From contig NC_134481.1 of NCBI RefSeq assembly GCF_964194025.1, positions 20,398,001 to 20,462,000 on the forward strand: DNA of 64,000 nt. The letters run 5' to 3'. The notes under the pieces were generated by a model. That model ran no database searches, was not told the DNA's origin, and saw only the letters and a program-made list of their open reading frames with translations. Origin of the DNA: Convolutriloba macropyga. Taxonomy: Eukaryota. Shown here piece by piece: positions 49,101 through 61,488 of the stretch (position 1 is the first letter of the stretch; every line of letters begins with the position of its first letter). The position numbers and the translations under genes were made by a program.

Positions 49101-52100
49101 CCGGCTATGTTTTTTATTCGTCGTCTCTATCAATGATTCTTACGACCTGACTTCTTGGAATTTACTTTTTCAATGACTTCAGTGATTCTACTGCTTTGCA
49201 GTTAAAATTTGTGTGCGTGACGTCATTTCTGCTTTTAGGTCAATTGCGTGATTTACCTCACTAAAAAATGACTTCTGAACTCTTTTATGAAACTTCAAAT
49301 TTTATGAAAATTTCCTAGTTAAAGATCAATAGTGTGCATCTATGTAGTGCCCAACTTATTTGCCCTAATTCTTGAGTATTTATCTTGAGTTTTTGATTTC
49401 GATATCAATCTTGAAAAAGCTCTTTTAGGGCTTTTTCTTTATAGACTGCATGTGTCATAAAATTCCCAGTCAGTCCCAGTCTTACCCAAAAAGTCTAGTG
49501 GTCTATTAGAGGACTGGTGGTCGTTCTGTCTATCTTATTTCTTTAGTTGTTTCATTTCATGGAAGGCGGCGACAAGCGTCTATTGCGGCTAATTTCCGAA
49601 AATCTGCGGGCTATGTTTTAATTTTCTGCAGTTTTTAATTGCTCTCAAACGAAGTTTGTAGCAATTATATTAGTCCTGTCGGTCTTTTTTTGCAATGCAA
49701 TTTTTCGCTTGACCAATTTTGCGTCTGACAAATTTGACTTTTTGTCCTCATAAACGGGATAAACAGGAAACGCCCAGTGGACATTAAGTGCTCTTAGAGT
49801 TTTTCAGCTTACTTTTGGAGACTTATACTTATGGTGCGAAGGGCGGTTTTTAGAGATTGACCCCCCACTGTTGCCCCCCCCCACCACGACCGAAGCCAAA
49901 CAATCGCCGGTGGTTTGAGAGCAATTCGCCCGACGTTAGTCGGTTATGTTTATTAGTTTTAGGTAACTTCGGATCCTATTATGATTGATCAACTGGAGTG
50001 CCAGTGTTCCAATACTACTATTTGCCCAAAAGAACTTTGCCTTTTTGTGCTTTTTTTATCGGATTCTTTTAGTTGTTTTCCGCATTCCATTTATTGTACA
50101 TTCTATGTCTAGTCTTTTATTTAGCCAATAAAATTTCATTGAATTGTGCCAGCACTTGTCCTGCTATAATTTTTGATTTTATGATGTTACACCATTTGAT
50201 TTTACAATCACTTCAAATCTGCTTTTTCATTCGTTCCTGCATTTTCAACTGAATTGCGTGCGCTGCGTNNNNNNNNNNNNNNNNNNNNNNNNNNNNNNNN
50301 NNNNNNNNNNNNNNNNNNNNNNNNNNNNNNNNNNNNNNNNNNNNNNNNNNNNNNNNNNNNNNNNNNNNNNNNNNNNNNNNNNNNNNNNNNNNNNNNNAGA
50401 CGTAGAGAGGGAGCGAGAGGAAGAGAGAGATAGAGATTTTTGTTCATTTGCGCTATTAACTTTTTGGGAACGCGTGACTTACCTCACTCTCAAAAATGAC
50501 TTCCTCACTTTAAAACTGACTTCTTTCTTTACTTTAATTTAAAGAGATATGGTCAAGTGATCTTGTGTCATTCTAAATTATGGTTATTTGAGAGCGGCTA
50601 ATAGAGGCAGCAATAACTTGTACAGATTCTCAATTAAAATATTACAACTCGGCCTTCAATAAAAAAACTTATTTTTTTGGTCTCGTTTTAAATGTTTTTT
50701 TTAGACTGCAGGTCTACTAAGCTATTGTGGCTATTTTCTGGAAATCTGCAAGCTATGTTAAAAAATATTGGCGCTTGTGATTAATATTTCAATATATTCA
50801 CTCATTCCTTTTTGTCTGTAACGGCTTTGACACTTTGAATAAAATTGAGTGAATATATTTTTTTTTCTTTTTGTTTTTTTTGCTCTCGCTTAGTCTAACT
50901 GACAGGCCACTTACGCTCTCTAATCAGTCACGTTTTAATCTACTTAATGGGTTTTTATAGTTGTTTTTTGTGCCTTAACATAGTCTCACTTATGACAGGT
51001 CTCATTGGCTCTTCAATTTTTACTTTTTACTCATATGAATGTTTTCGTTATATCAAGCGTTTAACAGTTTTGACAAAACTTGTTTTCAAGCAGTTTGATT
51101 AATTTGTTTCAGATTTCCTGAAGAATTTTTTTTGTATTAAATTGCTCTCGAGTGAAGTTCGTAGCAATTATTGTAAACATGTTGGTCTTTTTATGCAATT
51201 TTTTTGCTTGATCGTTTTTGCGCTTTTCTTCTAGAACATTCTTTGATTTCCCAAAAAACTTTTCACGCTTTCATTTTTTTTGAGTGATTTCTATCGTTCT
51301 CGCTCTGAAGTGAAATTTGTTGCCAATATAAAGTTGATTGCAGCATAGCAAAGCAGGGGCCCCATAGCCGAGTGGGCAGTGCTGGCAAGGGATTGGGAGG
51401 TTCAATTCCCATGGTTCAATTCCTGGTGTGGTCAACTATTTTTGCATTCGTAAAGAAAAAAATATCTAGGCTACAACAGCTGAATTAAATTGCCTCGTCT
51501 GTCGTTCGAGAGCAGTTCTTCCGATATTAGTCGGTTTATGTTGGTATTCGTTTATCTGTCCCTTAGTCTTTTTAATTACTGGTCTAATTTGCGCGCTAAT
51601 GAATTACTATTGTCTTTACTCAATGATTTCGCTGGTTGTTAACATTTTTTCTGGGTATGATAACAGTCGGTTTCGAAATATTGGTTGATGCGTGCAGTTG
51701 TTGCTACTTTTTTCTACGTGGTTCCTCAATTGGTTATTAATAAAAGTTTCTAATAAAAAGTAATGCTATATAATGACGGAAAGTAATATTTTTTTACTGA
51801 TTTTTAATTTTGTTTTTTTAAACTGATTTTGCTCCTCTTATTTTTAAAGACATTAGTTAAAATCGATTTGCGTGAAGTGTCTTGCGTTTTCCTTCTACTG
51901 TGACAGAATTGCGTGTCAACATCGTCTTGTGCATTCGCTTGAATAATTGTTGTCATTTGTGATTTAGCACAATCTCACATTGACTTTCCCTCTCTCGAAT
52001 TGACTTTTGATTACAGGATGGATCAAACTTAAATCGGAATTCTTTAATTGAAGGTTATTTGAAGGCAATTGTACAGCCTAATCAATTTAATGAGTTAAAT

Positions 52101-55100
52101 CAATTACAGAAATGAGAACTATGTAGAAAACCCTTTTTTCAAAGTTCATTTCTTTCTCAAAGTTCGTTTTTTTCCGTCTACAGGCTTACAAAACTATTAG
52201 CTTTTTCCTACAGTTTCCCTGATATGCTGTTTATTCGCAACCCAGATTAACGTTTTACTGCCTCTGCGAGAATGTGAAGCGCAATAAACGTTAATCCTTT
52301 TCCACCATTTCAGGAAGCATCATCAAGCAAGCTAAAGAAATCGGTTGCCAAGAAGACAACGGGCAACAGTGACGATGGAGACGACGAAGATGATGACGAA
52401 GACACAGATGACGATGATTCGGACGATGCAGTCGAGACTAAAATCAAAGAGGAATTGGACGATGAAGATGATCACGACGAGGAGGAGCCACTAAATTCAG
52501 GAGATGACGTCACAGATGATGAAACAGTAAAAAACTTAAACATGCCAGTTTTGTGAACAAATTTTGAGCCCTCAGAGAATGAGCAAATAGTTTATGTTGA
52601 TTAATCCATAAGTGGTTTTTACGTGGACATATTTTTGTTCAGACAATTTTGGCCGATCGATATAATCGTTGTAGAGAATTGTGAGTGGTATCATTAGAAA
52701 GCCCCTCCAGCGTAGAATATGGATTGAAAAAGATTTTTTTCAATTTTTGTTTTTTATAGGGAGTTATCGAGGCTTAAAGTTTTGTGAATATTAGACGTAA
52801 TTCACCTGTTAAAAATTTGCTCAAATATGATACAATTGTTAATTGTAGTATTATTGATTTCCTCTCGAAAGATAGAAGAGGGTTGCTGAACTGATCGACC
52901 CAAGTTTTTTTGGCTAGAGTTACTGCTAAATTTTTCAAAATTCAGACTTTTTTCGTCAAAAATGAGATCAAATTTGCTGCTTTTAGCCCACTTGCTTTAA
53001 ATTTGCTGGAAGTAGACTCCTTAAAATTGCGGCCATATTCTTTCACAGCTCAAAATAGAGCTAGTTGTACTTCGCTGGCTTTAGGAATCTTCTGGAATTA
53101 TAGTTTTGCCAGGTTTTTGCAAATTTAAACTCGATAATTATACAAAGTTCTATTTATTATAATTATTGGTCTATTTTGCGAGCATTAGAACAATTGAGTG
53201 TTTTGTTTGATGTGCAGCAATTCATGGGCTGATCTTGATCTCAACATGGAACCTTACGATAAAAATTTTTTAGATTTTTATGGGACGCGAACTTTTTAAA
53301 ATATTTGCGCTATGTAAATGTTTTTTATGCAAATTACTGACAAGACTTTCAAATCCGGGCTCAATTAATGACAGATATAATATAAAATAAACGAGGCACA
53401 AAGAGATTATATGATGATTTCAGAGTTAAGCTCATGGCTTTCATGGTTATGACCAATTGTTTTCGTGAAAATTTTATGGACTTCTTGAATTTCGCTTTCA
53501 TTTCTTATTTTTTGGATCCAAATGACAATGTCCCAAATCAAAGATCGAGTTTGCTTTCCAGGAGGTATAATGAACCTAGAAAACTATTTCAGTTGTTATC
53601 TAATGTCTGTTTTGACTTTGAATATATTTGTTTTTGAAATTATCGGTGGTTTTTTGAACGTTGCCACTATTTTTATCATGTTTCTCTCAACTTCGAGCGC
53701 AGTCTCAGTAAAAACAGGTAGAAATCAATTTTTTGTGAATTATAAATTATTGTTGGAAACGGTTTTATATTCAACCAATGGTTTCTCTGTTTTGATACTC
53801 CGCGTTTTCATTTTTTTTCGATCATAATTGCATATTTTGAGTCTTTTTTTCCTTTCGAATTATCACATTTTTGACCAGACCGATTGAAAGAAAGCACCGT
53901 AAAGAATATGCATAATCTTGAGAAAAGGGGTATCTGGATATGTTAACTGTTTTTGTTGAATAGTTATGCTTTTTGGGCGTTATCGCGCAGAATTTCGTGG
54001 ATTTTTTTGTTTTTGCCTATGTTTGTATTTCCTTTTGTTGTTGTATGCCATATGCCTGATAAAGATAGTTCATAATTGCTTCCATAGGACGTATAACGCA
54101 AAATCTAGTTAAAGATTTCAATTTCTAGCTGTTTGGTTTAATGACTTTCAAATTAAATAAAAAAGGTTTTTTTTGTTTGTCTCCGTTTTGCTTTTATTTT
54201 CGTCGCCATGTAACTGACTCTCACTAATTAGAAGTCTCAATTAGTTTTGTTTATTCATTTTTTTGCGCTTTGTTGTACGTTGTGACTGATTGCTTCGACC
54301 AGTTAGTTTCATAAAATGTTTTTGATATCTATACTGTTCATTTTTGGGTTTTTTGTTGTCATGTCTACGTAGTCCTTTTATGACGACGACTCGTTTTTTT
54401 GATGATTTACAGTTCTTGTAGGTAACATTTAATTATATTGCTTGACCAGTGTGATGTCGTAAAGTTGTTTGAAGTTTTCGCATCTTTATATATTTGATGT
54501 TATTTTGTGGTGTGGTGACTTAGTCTCAATATTAACAGGCCAAATTGGCTTTCTGGGGTGTTGCAACCTAATCCATCGTTCTTGTTGAAATCTTAAGTCT
54601 GTTGTAACTTTTGAAAATATATTTTTTTCAAAAATATATTTGGCTTTTTTTAGCTTCGTCATTTTTTAACTAGTTTTTTTGGTCGGTTTATAGCTCAGTC
54701 TCTGTAAGCACAGGTCACGACACGTTTCCATTGAGCTATAGTTTAATCTTTATAAAGGTTTTAGCTGCAAACTTTTGCTTCTCGGTTTTGCTTTTCTACT
54801 GTTACTACGAGATTTCTTGAAATGTTTGAGATTTTTATATGTTTGTACATTTTAAAGGGTTTTTCTTTTTAATTTATTAAAAAAGTCGTTGGTCCCATTG
54901 GCTTTGAAATTTTGCGCAATTGAACAATAGTTAATGACATGTCTCAATTGATTCCAACAGATATAAATGAACATTTAAGTGAATTCAGTTGATATCTAAT
55001 GACATTAATTGTTTTTTATTTTTTTTTATTATAGAGATCGAGTTTTGGTCGCAAATAGTTTGTTATTTGTTTTTTGTCACTGTCCTATCTCTTCATCTTT

Positions 55101-58100
55101 GGTATCCAATTAAGTCAAGAATGTGGATGAGCGGGGTGGGAACTGTGCGTACGCACATTGCCGAGCCTCCTTGTTCGTTTAAACAATGGTCATTCAATTT
55201 TCAGCGCTCGATTAATTTGAAAAATACTTTTTTTGTAATGCCTATTTTATTGATTTTGGTTTTTTGTGTTTGATTGATTTATCAAAAAGTCATCCTAACG
55301 AATGTTTTTATTAACCGATGGTTCAAAATTTAAAACTGATATAGCAATCTGATATAAACAATGCTATCGATTGGACAGAACCAGATTGTCTTAATTTTAA
55401 GCTAAAGAAATTAAAGACTGAAATTTTTACTCAGAAACTACACTACTCTGATCTCGATAGTAACTAGCGAGGCAAAATCAACTAATGAACTTTTTCCCTA
55501 CTACCCGTCATGAGATTGATATATTGATTATTAGCCGCCTCAGCTGCTCAGCCCGCTATCATAGCGCTACTATTTTTAACAATTCAAAGTATTTGAATTG
55601 TATTGGGGCGCTGTCTTTTGAGATCTATTCACACATTTTCATGATTTTGAAGTCAAATTGGAGTAGTGATTTTGGTCACACGGAGACAGGAAATGGAGCG
55701 AAAAAGCGGGTGGTTTTGTAGCGTGAAATTTCTTCGCTCTAATTTTAAAGTAGAAGGAAAAAACGGTGTTTGAACAAAGATTCGCTTTCTCGCTGTGGTT
55801 TTTTGTTCACATGCGGCAATTTCACTTTGGTTTTTACTGTATTTTCAATTTTTTGGATCAATTTTTTTCTTAAATGGTTTTCCCAGTCAATTCAAAGTTA
55901 ATTCTTGGCCTAATTTTTTGTTAGAATCAAATTTACGTTTTTCTCTAGCGGTTTTTTTGTTCTCGCTAGCGGCATGTTGACATTGATTTTCTGTTTTTCT
56001 ATTTTTTTTGTTTTTTATCTGATTTTTTTTAGAAATGGATTACCGAATTCACTCATAATCCGTTCTAGGTCCAGTTTTTTTGTTTAGTCGATGAAAATTC
56101 TTCCAATTGTACTTCAAGACTTGTCCTGCTATGTTTTACTTCGTCGGATTAAAATTTTTCGCTTTACCTCATTTTGCCCGCCTTTTCGACATTTTGTGTG
56201 AAATCTTTTTGACTTCTCTATGTAAGTTTCACTCTTCTCTCATTCTGCTAAAATTGTTTTTAGACAGCAGTTGCTCAACAAAGCAATTCAAAATGAACAG
56301 AGTCAGTATCAAAAAAAAAACTAAATCAGAAATAGAAACGGGATAAATCCATTAAGCCCGATTCTACATGCCCGTTACTCGAACTTTGTTCTTAGTTACC
56401 GTTTCTAATGCTTATTGGTATTGATACTAACCCCTCTGTGGTCGCACTACGAAACAGGAGCATGTTCCGCTCCAAAATGACATCAAAATAGTTCGCACTT
56501 TAAAATTGTTTGTACAAAAATCATTTTTTCAGTAGTTTTTATCTCTTCTTTCAATCCCAATGTCGGTTATGGGAATCAACGGCGGCAGTATTCCGGCAAT
56601 CTGCCGGGTATATTTTAATGCTATAAAAGTGTTATAAAAGCTGGCCCATCTTTAACGGGTTCTGCTTTCCAAAGCAACAGTCAACGTCAAGTCTGTGTGG
56701 ATGTTTTTATTACCTCGAATACCGTTAAAGTTTCCATTTTTTTTCTATTTCAGAGTAATTATCCGAACAGTGTTTCTGGTGCAGGGGAAGGGGGAGGTGT
56801 TGGAGGCTCCAGTTCGACTAGAACTGTGTTTGGGTGTGATGACGTTGTTGTGTGCCAGTTTGAAAAAGTCAGGCGCCAGAAGAACAGATGGCATTTGGTC
56901 CTAAAGGTAAATGAATTGAAGCAATGAAGCATTGAAAAATCTGTCAGGGTAGTTAAATAACTGACGATCTATGTTTGATACTTGGAAGATAGTATATTGA
57001 AAGTACAGATGGTGTATTGAAGTTGCAGCTTATTTCTGAAGGTGAACATGTCACCCCGATTTGTTTGCGAGATGTTGCAAGTTCTTAATTGCTCAGGATG
57101 AAGTTGAGCAATTTTTGCAGTCGCATGTGTCTTTATGCAAAATTTTTTGACCATTATGAATTTTTTCGCCGAACATATCGATTTTTGATTGATCTAAATT
57201 ACTCGCTCATTAACAATTTTAAGCGGATGATCTCAATTGGCGGTAATATTCTACGAAATTGAAATGAGTAATCGGCGAAATTGGTTTCATTTTTACCCTT
57301 GAGATAACATCCTGCATATAACATCTTAATAATTAGTAAACCACTGAAATTTCTCTTCATTATTATTTTCATTGTCCTTTTGAAACTAGGCCTACAAAGC
57401 TATCGCAGCTGTTTTCTGTCAATTTGCCAGCTATGTTTAATTGCTCTCAAACAAAGATTGTAACAATTATATTAGTCCTGTGGTCGTTTTTAATGCAATT
57501 TTTCGCTTGACCGATTTTTCGATGGACCCATTTGACTTTTCGTCCTGAAAAACGAGATAAACAGGTAACGCTTGGAGGGCATTATGTTCTCTTAGAGCCT
57601 TACGCCTAATCAGTCTCTTAAGATACAATTCAACCAAAACTATTTTGAGGAGATAATTTCCTGATGCAAAGGGCGGTTCTTATTCTTAATTATTGACCCC
57701 CGCAGTCACTTCATTTTTTCACGTTAAATCTTAAGAGTTGTCTATATGAACAACACATTGCCACCAATTTAACATTGCCCGGACAGAATTAAGACACTGT
57801 AAAGTCAGGACTTGCCCGTGTTTTGAGCCATCCGTTGGAGGTTAGTTTCTTCGAGTTGTTAATTATCATTAATGGATTTTCCTCAATTTTTTTGTCAAAA
57901 ATGGATGGAAGCAATTACGAATTTTTAAAGCGATAGTAAGGACGATTTTTTTCTTCGAGTTTTTCAAATTTAATTGCATCCCGGGAAAATTGCTTATGGA
58001 TATTTTTGAAATACAACCAGTGTTCAATGAACTATTCCCTCTGAAAAAAAATTGTTATACGTCAACTGAATTTTTTTCACATTGATCTGTTTTATTTTCG

Positions 58101-60027
58101 TTTTACGTATCGATCACGTTTTTCTGTTTCCTTTTTTGTGTGTCTCTGTCATTTTTCAGTATGGTTGAATTGAGCGTCATTCTTTTAAATAAGATAACAC
58201 TATATGTAAAAAAAGTCATTCAAATGGCCAAATTGTCACTCAAAAAAATCAATAGTAGGAACTATTGACAACCTAATTGAATGCATTATAGTAAGTGATA
58301 GAGTTTTCATGCTGAGCTCCCAAATCTTACTTTTTGAAACTTGATTCGGCAAATGCATCCAACCTAAATACCAATGTAAAGGAGCCTTGAAACAGACGGA
58401 ATTTCAATACTAGTGTTTTTTTTGATGGCTCTCGAACGATGTTTGAAGCAATTTTAAATAAAGGTGTGCATCTTTCATATTCAAAATTGTCGCTTGACCG
58501 TTTTCTTCTAGAACTTTCTTTCGAATGCACTTCTCGGGTGACTTTTTTGCGTGACCTAAATTGCTCCTATTCATAAGTAAAAAATAAGTCAAAATCCAGG
58601 TCGCAAATTAAGTCTTTGTTTGTAAAACAAAAGCTGTTGTAATATGTGCTGTCTCAAAGATTAATAAATTGTATTAAGGTGAAGGTCCGCGGGGGGGGGG
58701 GGGGGGGGGGGGGGTTCGATTAATTCTTCGGATTTTTTTTGAACCGATTAAGATTTATTAATAGCCACCTCAGCTTAGCTTCTCTGCCGGCTATTATTTT
58801 GCTTTAATTTTTACAATTCAAAGAATTTGAATTGTATTGGGGCGCTGTCTTTTTTTTAAGATCTCTTCGCACATTTTCATGATTTTTGAAGTCAAATTGA
58901 AGTAGTGATTTTGGTCACGCCGAATCAGGAAGTGGAGCGAAAAAGCGAGTGGTTTTGCGGCGTGAAATTTTTTTCGCTTTAAATTTAAAGTGGAGTGAGA
59001 AAACGGTGTTTGAACAAAAATTCGCTTTTTCGCTAGTGGTTTTTTGTTCACATGCGGCAATTTAACTTTGATTTTGCTGTTTTTTTTCAAATTTTGGATA
59101 GGATTTTTTCTAAATGGTTTTCCAATCCATTCATAGTCCGTTCTAGGTCTAGTTTTCTGTTTAGTCAATGAAAATTCTTTGAATTGTACGTCAGGACTTG
59201 TCCTGCTATGTTTTTTACTTCGTCGAATAAACATTTTTCGCTTTACCATAGTTCACAGCTTGTTCAACATTTTGTGTGAAATCTTTTTTTGACTTCTCTA
59301 GGATAGTTTCACTCTTCTCTCATTCTGCTGAAAGTGTTTTTAGGCAGCAGTTGCTCAGCAAAGCAATTCAAAATGAACAGAGTGAGTATCAAAAAACGAA
59401 ATTAGAAATAGAGATGGGATAAACCCATCTCTAATGCTTTTTGGTATTGATACTCGCCCCTGTGTGGTCTCACTACGAAACAGGAATACGTTCAGCTCCA
59501 AAATGACATCAAAATAGTTTGCACTTTAAAGTTGTTTGTACAAAATTAATTTTTTCCCTAGTTTTTTTCTTTCAATCCCAATCTTGGTTATAGGAATCAA
59601 CGGCGGCTATTTTCCGGCAATCTGCTGGGTATGTTTTAGGTTACAGACCGTTTTGAATTAAGTGCCCCGGCTGTCGTTCGAGAGCAATTAATCCGACACT
59701 AGTCGATTCATATATTCCCATTTTATATTTCTGCTGGAATTGCTAAGATGTTTCTCAGTTATTTCCAAATATTTTTTAAATGACTTCAATTTTTAAACCG
59801 GATGAAATGCGGATGGCATTGGATCAGAAGATCATATACCGGCAAATATACACACCGGCGAATATAGTTTTAAATCAAGATTGCATCCAGTTTATTTTTG
59901 TCATTTGAAAAGGACCTGAAATAAAACTGAAAATGTTAAAATAATTTGTTTATTATAGGATGGAATAATGAACGTGCAAGGTCGAGATGTGCTTTTCCAT
60001 AGGGCAGAAGTGGACTGTGAGTGGTGA
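36554..60027 (+). CDS. GTF2A1: TFIIA large (alpha/beta) subunit gene, 7 coding exons, 414 aa as spliced
   Basis: join(36554-36847,46556-46727,46976-47056,47357-47619,52314-52526,56754-56906,59959-60027) = 1245 nt; GT-AG introns with matching phases 0,1,1,0,0,0. Conserved regions: VRDTFLDEGV...LWENK, QVDG, EEPLNSGDDV, VVVCQFEKV, LKDGIMN...EW*. Confidence 0.93.
36895..37093 (+). mobile_element. Helentron-type repeat family A, internally deleted
   Basis: Ends GTTTGAGAGCAATT + imperfect hairpin (CCTGAC-GTTA-TTCGG) + TTATGTTT. Confidence 0.7.
37200..37478 (+). mobile_element. CR1-like LINE remnant, left of the Vingi-type insertion
   Basis: PRK-RNRLQLPPWVTPNTSNMLKR; the reading frame continues after 40391. 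Confidence 0.65.
37478..37554 (+). ncRNA. HDV-like self-cleaving ribozyme fold at the retroelement 5' end
   Basis: P1 CCTGGC/GCCAGG, P2 GCCTCC/GGAGGC, P3 GGT/ACC with a 7-nt loop TCTGCGC, P4 CGAAG-AAA-CTTCG, in nested pseudoknot order and starting at the TSD. Confidence 0.7.
37479..40377 (+). mobile_element. Full-length decayed Ingi/Vingi-type non-LTR retrotransposon
   Basis: 13-14-bp TSD ACGACGTTCAGAG(C) at 37466 and 40378. Domain order: 2A-like peptide, two PHD fingers, APE (NILQLIINGI; GGGV; CGDANAH), RT (YRPVSFLS; FQHGFR; YADD), terminal CRKC...H...C. No RNase H seen. Confidence 0.88.
40378..41720 (+). mobile_element. CR1-like LINE remnants, right of the Vingi-type insertion
   Basis: ATTDLEKPNTFNEIFQSV, LDVNKALD; further fragmented LINE-like pieces. 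Confidence 0.55.
43039..45910 (+). repeat. Tandem duplication of a ~1431-bp unit
   Basis: CTTCCATTAAACTCTAG begins at 43039 and 44470; the units are collinear with few differences. Each holds a family A 5' end and about five AACCTCCTCTAGGGTTTGATAATAGG-type subrepeats. Confidence 0.95.
46130..46190. repeat. (CT)n microsatellite
   Basis: About 23 CT units followed by (CGCT)n. Confidence 0.95.
46335..46442 (+). mobile_element. Helentron-type family A 3' end
   Basis: CTTGAGAGCATTTCGCCCGAC-GTTA-GTCGG-TTATGTT; also shares upstream sequence with 37000-37093. Confidence 0.7.
46556..46727 (+). CDS. GTF2A1: TFIIA alpha/beta exon 2
   Basis: AAG|GTC continues ESK-VLEAR in frame; donor G|GTACCG, phase 1. 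Splice signals are weak. Confidence 0.75.
46976..47056 (+). CDS. GTF2A1: TFIIA alpha/beta exon 3
   Basis: TTTTCAG| ... G|GTAGGT; reads GSQTLPAGYRVVRPSQPQTAYSNQPYG in phase 1 (not the frame in the ORF track). Confidence 0.8.
47357..47619 (+). CDS. GTF2A1: TFIIA alpha/beta exon 4 (cleavage-site region)
   Basis: TTCTAG| ... |GTAAGT; IPQVDGA and LLQLDGA motifs, then an acidic stretch. Confidence 0.88.
47811..49620 (+). mobile_element. Nested or adjacent Helentron-type family B copies
   Basis: 5' ends (A/T)TAGCCGCGAA.CGATAG.GGCTAT at 47811 and 48513; 3' ends ...GGCTATGTTTT at ~49110 and ~49620. Confidence 0.6.
49635..49951 (+). mobile_element. Complete Helentron-type (HINE/DINE-1-like) family A copy
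   Basis: 5' subterminal IR AATTGCTCTCAAAC with a local inverted copy GTTTGTAGCAATT; 3' GTTTGAGAGCAATT + CCGAC-GTTA-GTCGG hairpin + TTATGTTT; T-rich flanks. Confidence 0.75.
50269..50397. other. Assembly gap (N run)
   Basis: Run of N. Confidence 0.99.
51137..51542 (+). mobile_element. Helentron-type family A variant copy
   Basis: ATTGCTCTCGA ... TCGAGAGCAGT + CCGAT-ATTA-GTCGG + TTTATGTT. Confidence 0.65.
51356..51440 (+). other. tRNA-derived SINE-like head (Pol III A and B boxes)
   Basis: A box TAGCCGAGTGG (51365); B box GGTTCAATTCC twice (51399, 51413); no full cloverleaf. Confidence 0.55.
52314..52526 (+). CDS. GTF2A1: TFIIA alpha/beta exon 5 (acidic region III)
   Basis: TTTCAG| EASSSKLKKS...DDEDDD...EEEPLNSGDDVTDDET |GTAAAA; missing from the ORF track. 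Confidence 0.92.
55528..56616 (+). mobile_element. Helentron-type family B copy
   Basis: 5' TTAGCCGC...GCTAT; 3' GGCGGCAGTA-TTCCGGCAATCTGCCGG-GTATATTTT; body similar to 58757-59637. Confidence 0.7.
56754..56906 (+). CDS. GTF2A1: TFIIA alpha/beta exon 6 (beta-barrel region IV)
   Basis: TTTCAG| ...VFGCDDVVVCQFEKVRRQKNRWHLVLK |GTAAAT. Confidence 0.93.
57437..57700 (+). mobile_element. Helentron-type family A 5' part, directly after a family B 3' end
   Basis: GCCAGCTATGTT|TAATTGCTCTCAAAC junction. Confidence 0.65.
58757..59637 (+). mobile_element. Helentron-type family B copy
   Basis: 5' TTAATAGCCAC...CGGCTATT; 3' GGCGGCTATTTT-CCGGCAATCTGCTGG-GTATGTTTT. Confidence 0.72.
59959..60027 (+). CDS. 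GTF2A1: TFIIA alpha/beta exon 7 (terminal)
   Basis: TTATAG| DGIMNVQGRDVLFHRAEVDCEW*; the terminal Trp is conserved. Confidence 0.94.
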   Translation, partial: DGIMNVQGRDVLFHRAEVDCEW

Positions 60028-60744
60028 TCCAAAAGATCTGATGAACCCAATTCTGATTTCCGAATCATTTGTGCTACTTTTTCTTTTCCTTTCATTTCAA
60101 TGTTTAATACGTTGACGAGGTACATTGTTATTTTTATTGAAGTAAAGATGACTTAATGAATGCATTGATAGCTTTATGGGTTGTGAGAGCAAAATTCTGT
60201 GGCTTGTTTCTTGAGCTTAATGTCTAATTTGTGATCTAAATTTTGATGCTGGTGGAAATTGATTAGCAATTTGCTCCTTTTACTTTTACAAACCTCTCAG
60301 ATGTCTAGACTGCAAAAAATTGCAGAGTGCAAGCTCTTTGCAAATGCTTATTGATGATAGTTTAACGACAAGTTTAAGAAATTAATAATAATTGTAATTC
60401 AAAACCAATTGAACTCAAGCCATTCGTTCTTCAAATATTTCGGCTTCATAGATGAATGCGCCTGAACCTCTAGACCGTGTAACTGAAATTCACAAAGTTC
60501 AGACAAGTTAATGGCTGAAAAAATTGGTTCTGTTTCTTTCATCCCTATTGTTATAACCCCTACATAACCCCTACAGAAGCAAAATGTTGCATCTTCAACC
60601 CTAAATCATTTAACGCGAAGTGTTCAGCCTAAAACCCTTTCCCCAAAGCCGGTGAATATCCAATTTATTGTTCATCCCGAAACTCGTAACCCGGTCACCT
60701 TAAATTTCCCTAATTCTGGCCGTTAATTGTAACAATCGTATAAA

Positions 60745-60862
60745 CCCTAGACAAACTCCGACGCTTATCTTACAATATTCTTGCATATCCAACGGCTATC
60801 TTGCAAGATGGTGCGTAATCTTACAAAACTCTTGCAAGATAGCCGTCGGTAATCGACTAGGG
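60745..60862. mobile_element. 118-bp foldback MITE-like element
   Basis: CCCTAG..CCGACG..TATCTT / AAGATAGCCGTCGG..CTAGGG; inner IR ACGGCTATCTTGCAAGA / TCTTGCAAGATAGCCGT; no clear TSD. Confidence 0.6.
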
Positions 60863-61488
60863 AAGAATACAAGTCGGGGGATTAAATGAGAGGTACCGAA
60901 AAAAAGAAAAATGCTATCGGGTTATTTTAGAAGAGGTTACAGGTTTTAATTGTGTAGATTTTTCTTTTTCAGAGTTATTGGCGTTGTAGTTGATATTGTG
61001 ATCAGAGTTTACTTTGATTAGTGGGTATTACGTTGAGGGTTGGTAGAGGATTTTGTAGCACTCGATGTTCCCAGATGCTATGCTGTCTCATTTCATCCGT
61101 AAAGCGTTAGTGGGCACTTGAGCAAATCACTGGATCATTCAATCACACAATATTTTTTATCTACGAGAGAGTAGAGTTTTCTTTTTATTATTAATCCAAT
61201 ACCGGCTAGCTATACAGTGCTTGATTTATTAGCCAGGCAAATTCTTATTTTGGGAAACGAATTGGTTTGTTCAGTTTTTTACGGCTGGGTAATTGATGGG
61301 TCGCGAAAGGGAAAACGGGCAGAGCTATTCCTGTGAGAGTTAATTTTCTCAAACCGAAGGTCAGTTTGTTTTCTATTTTTTTGGATATATCTGATGCTTC
61401 AAAAAGAATTTTTTCACATCTTGAAAAGGTGCGTGGTTGTAACTTCTACCAAATTCGATTCACTTTTGACATCTTCGGGGTTGTTTGT

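Noticed and set aside
51356-51440. Functional tRNA gene
   Set aside because: No anticodon arm or acceptor stem can be folded, and the B box is duplicated.
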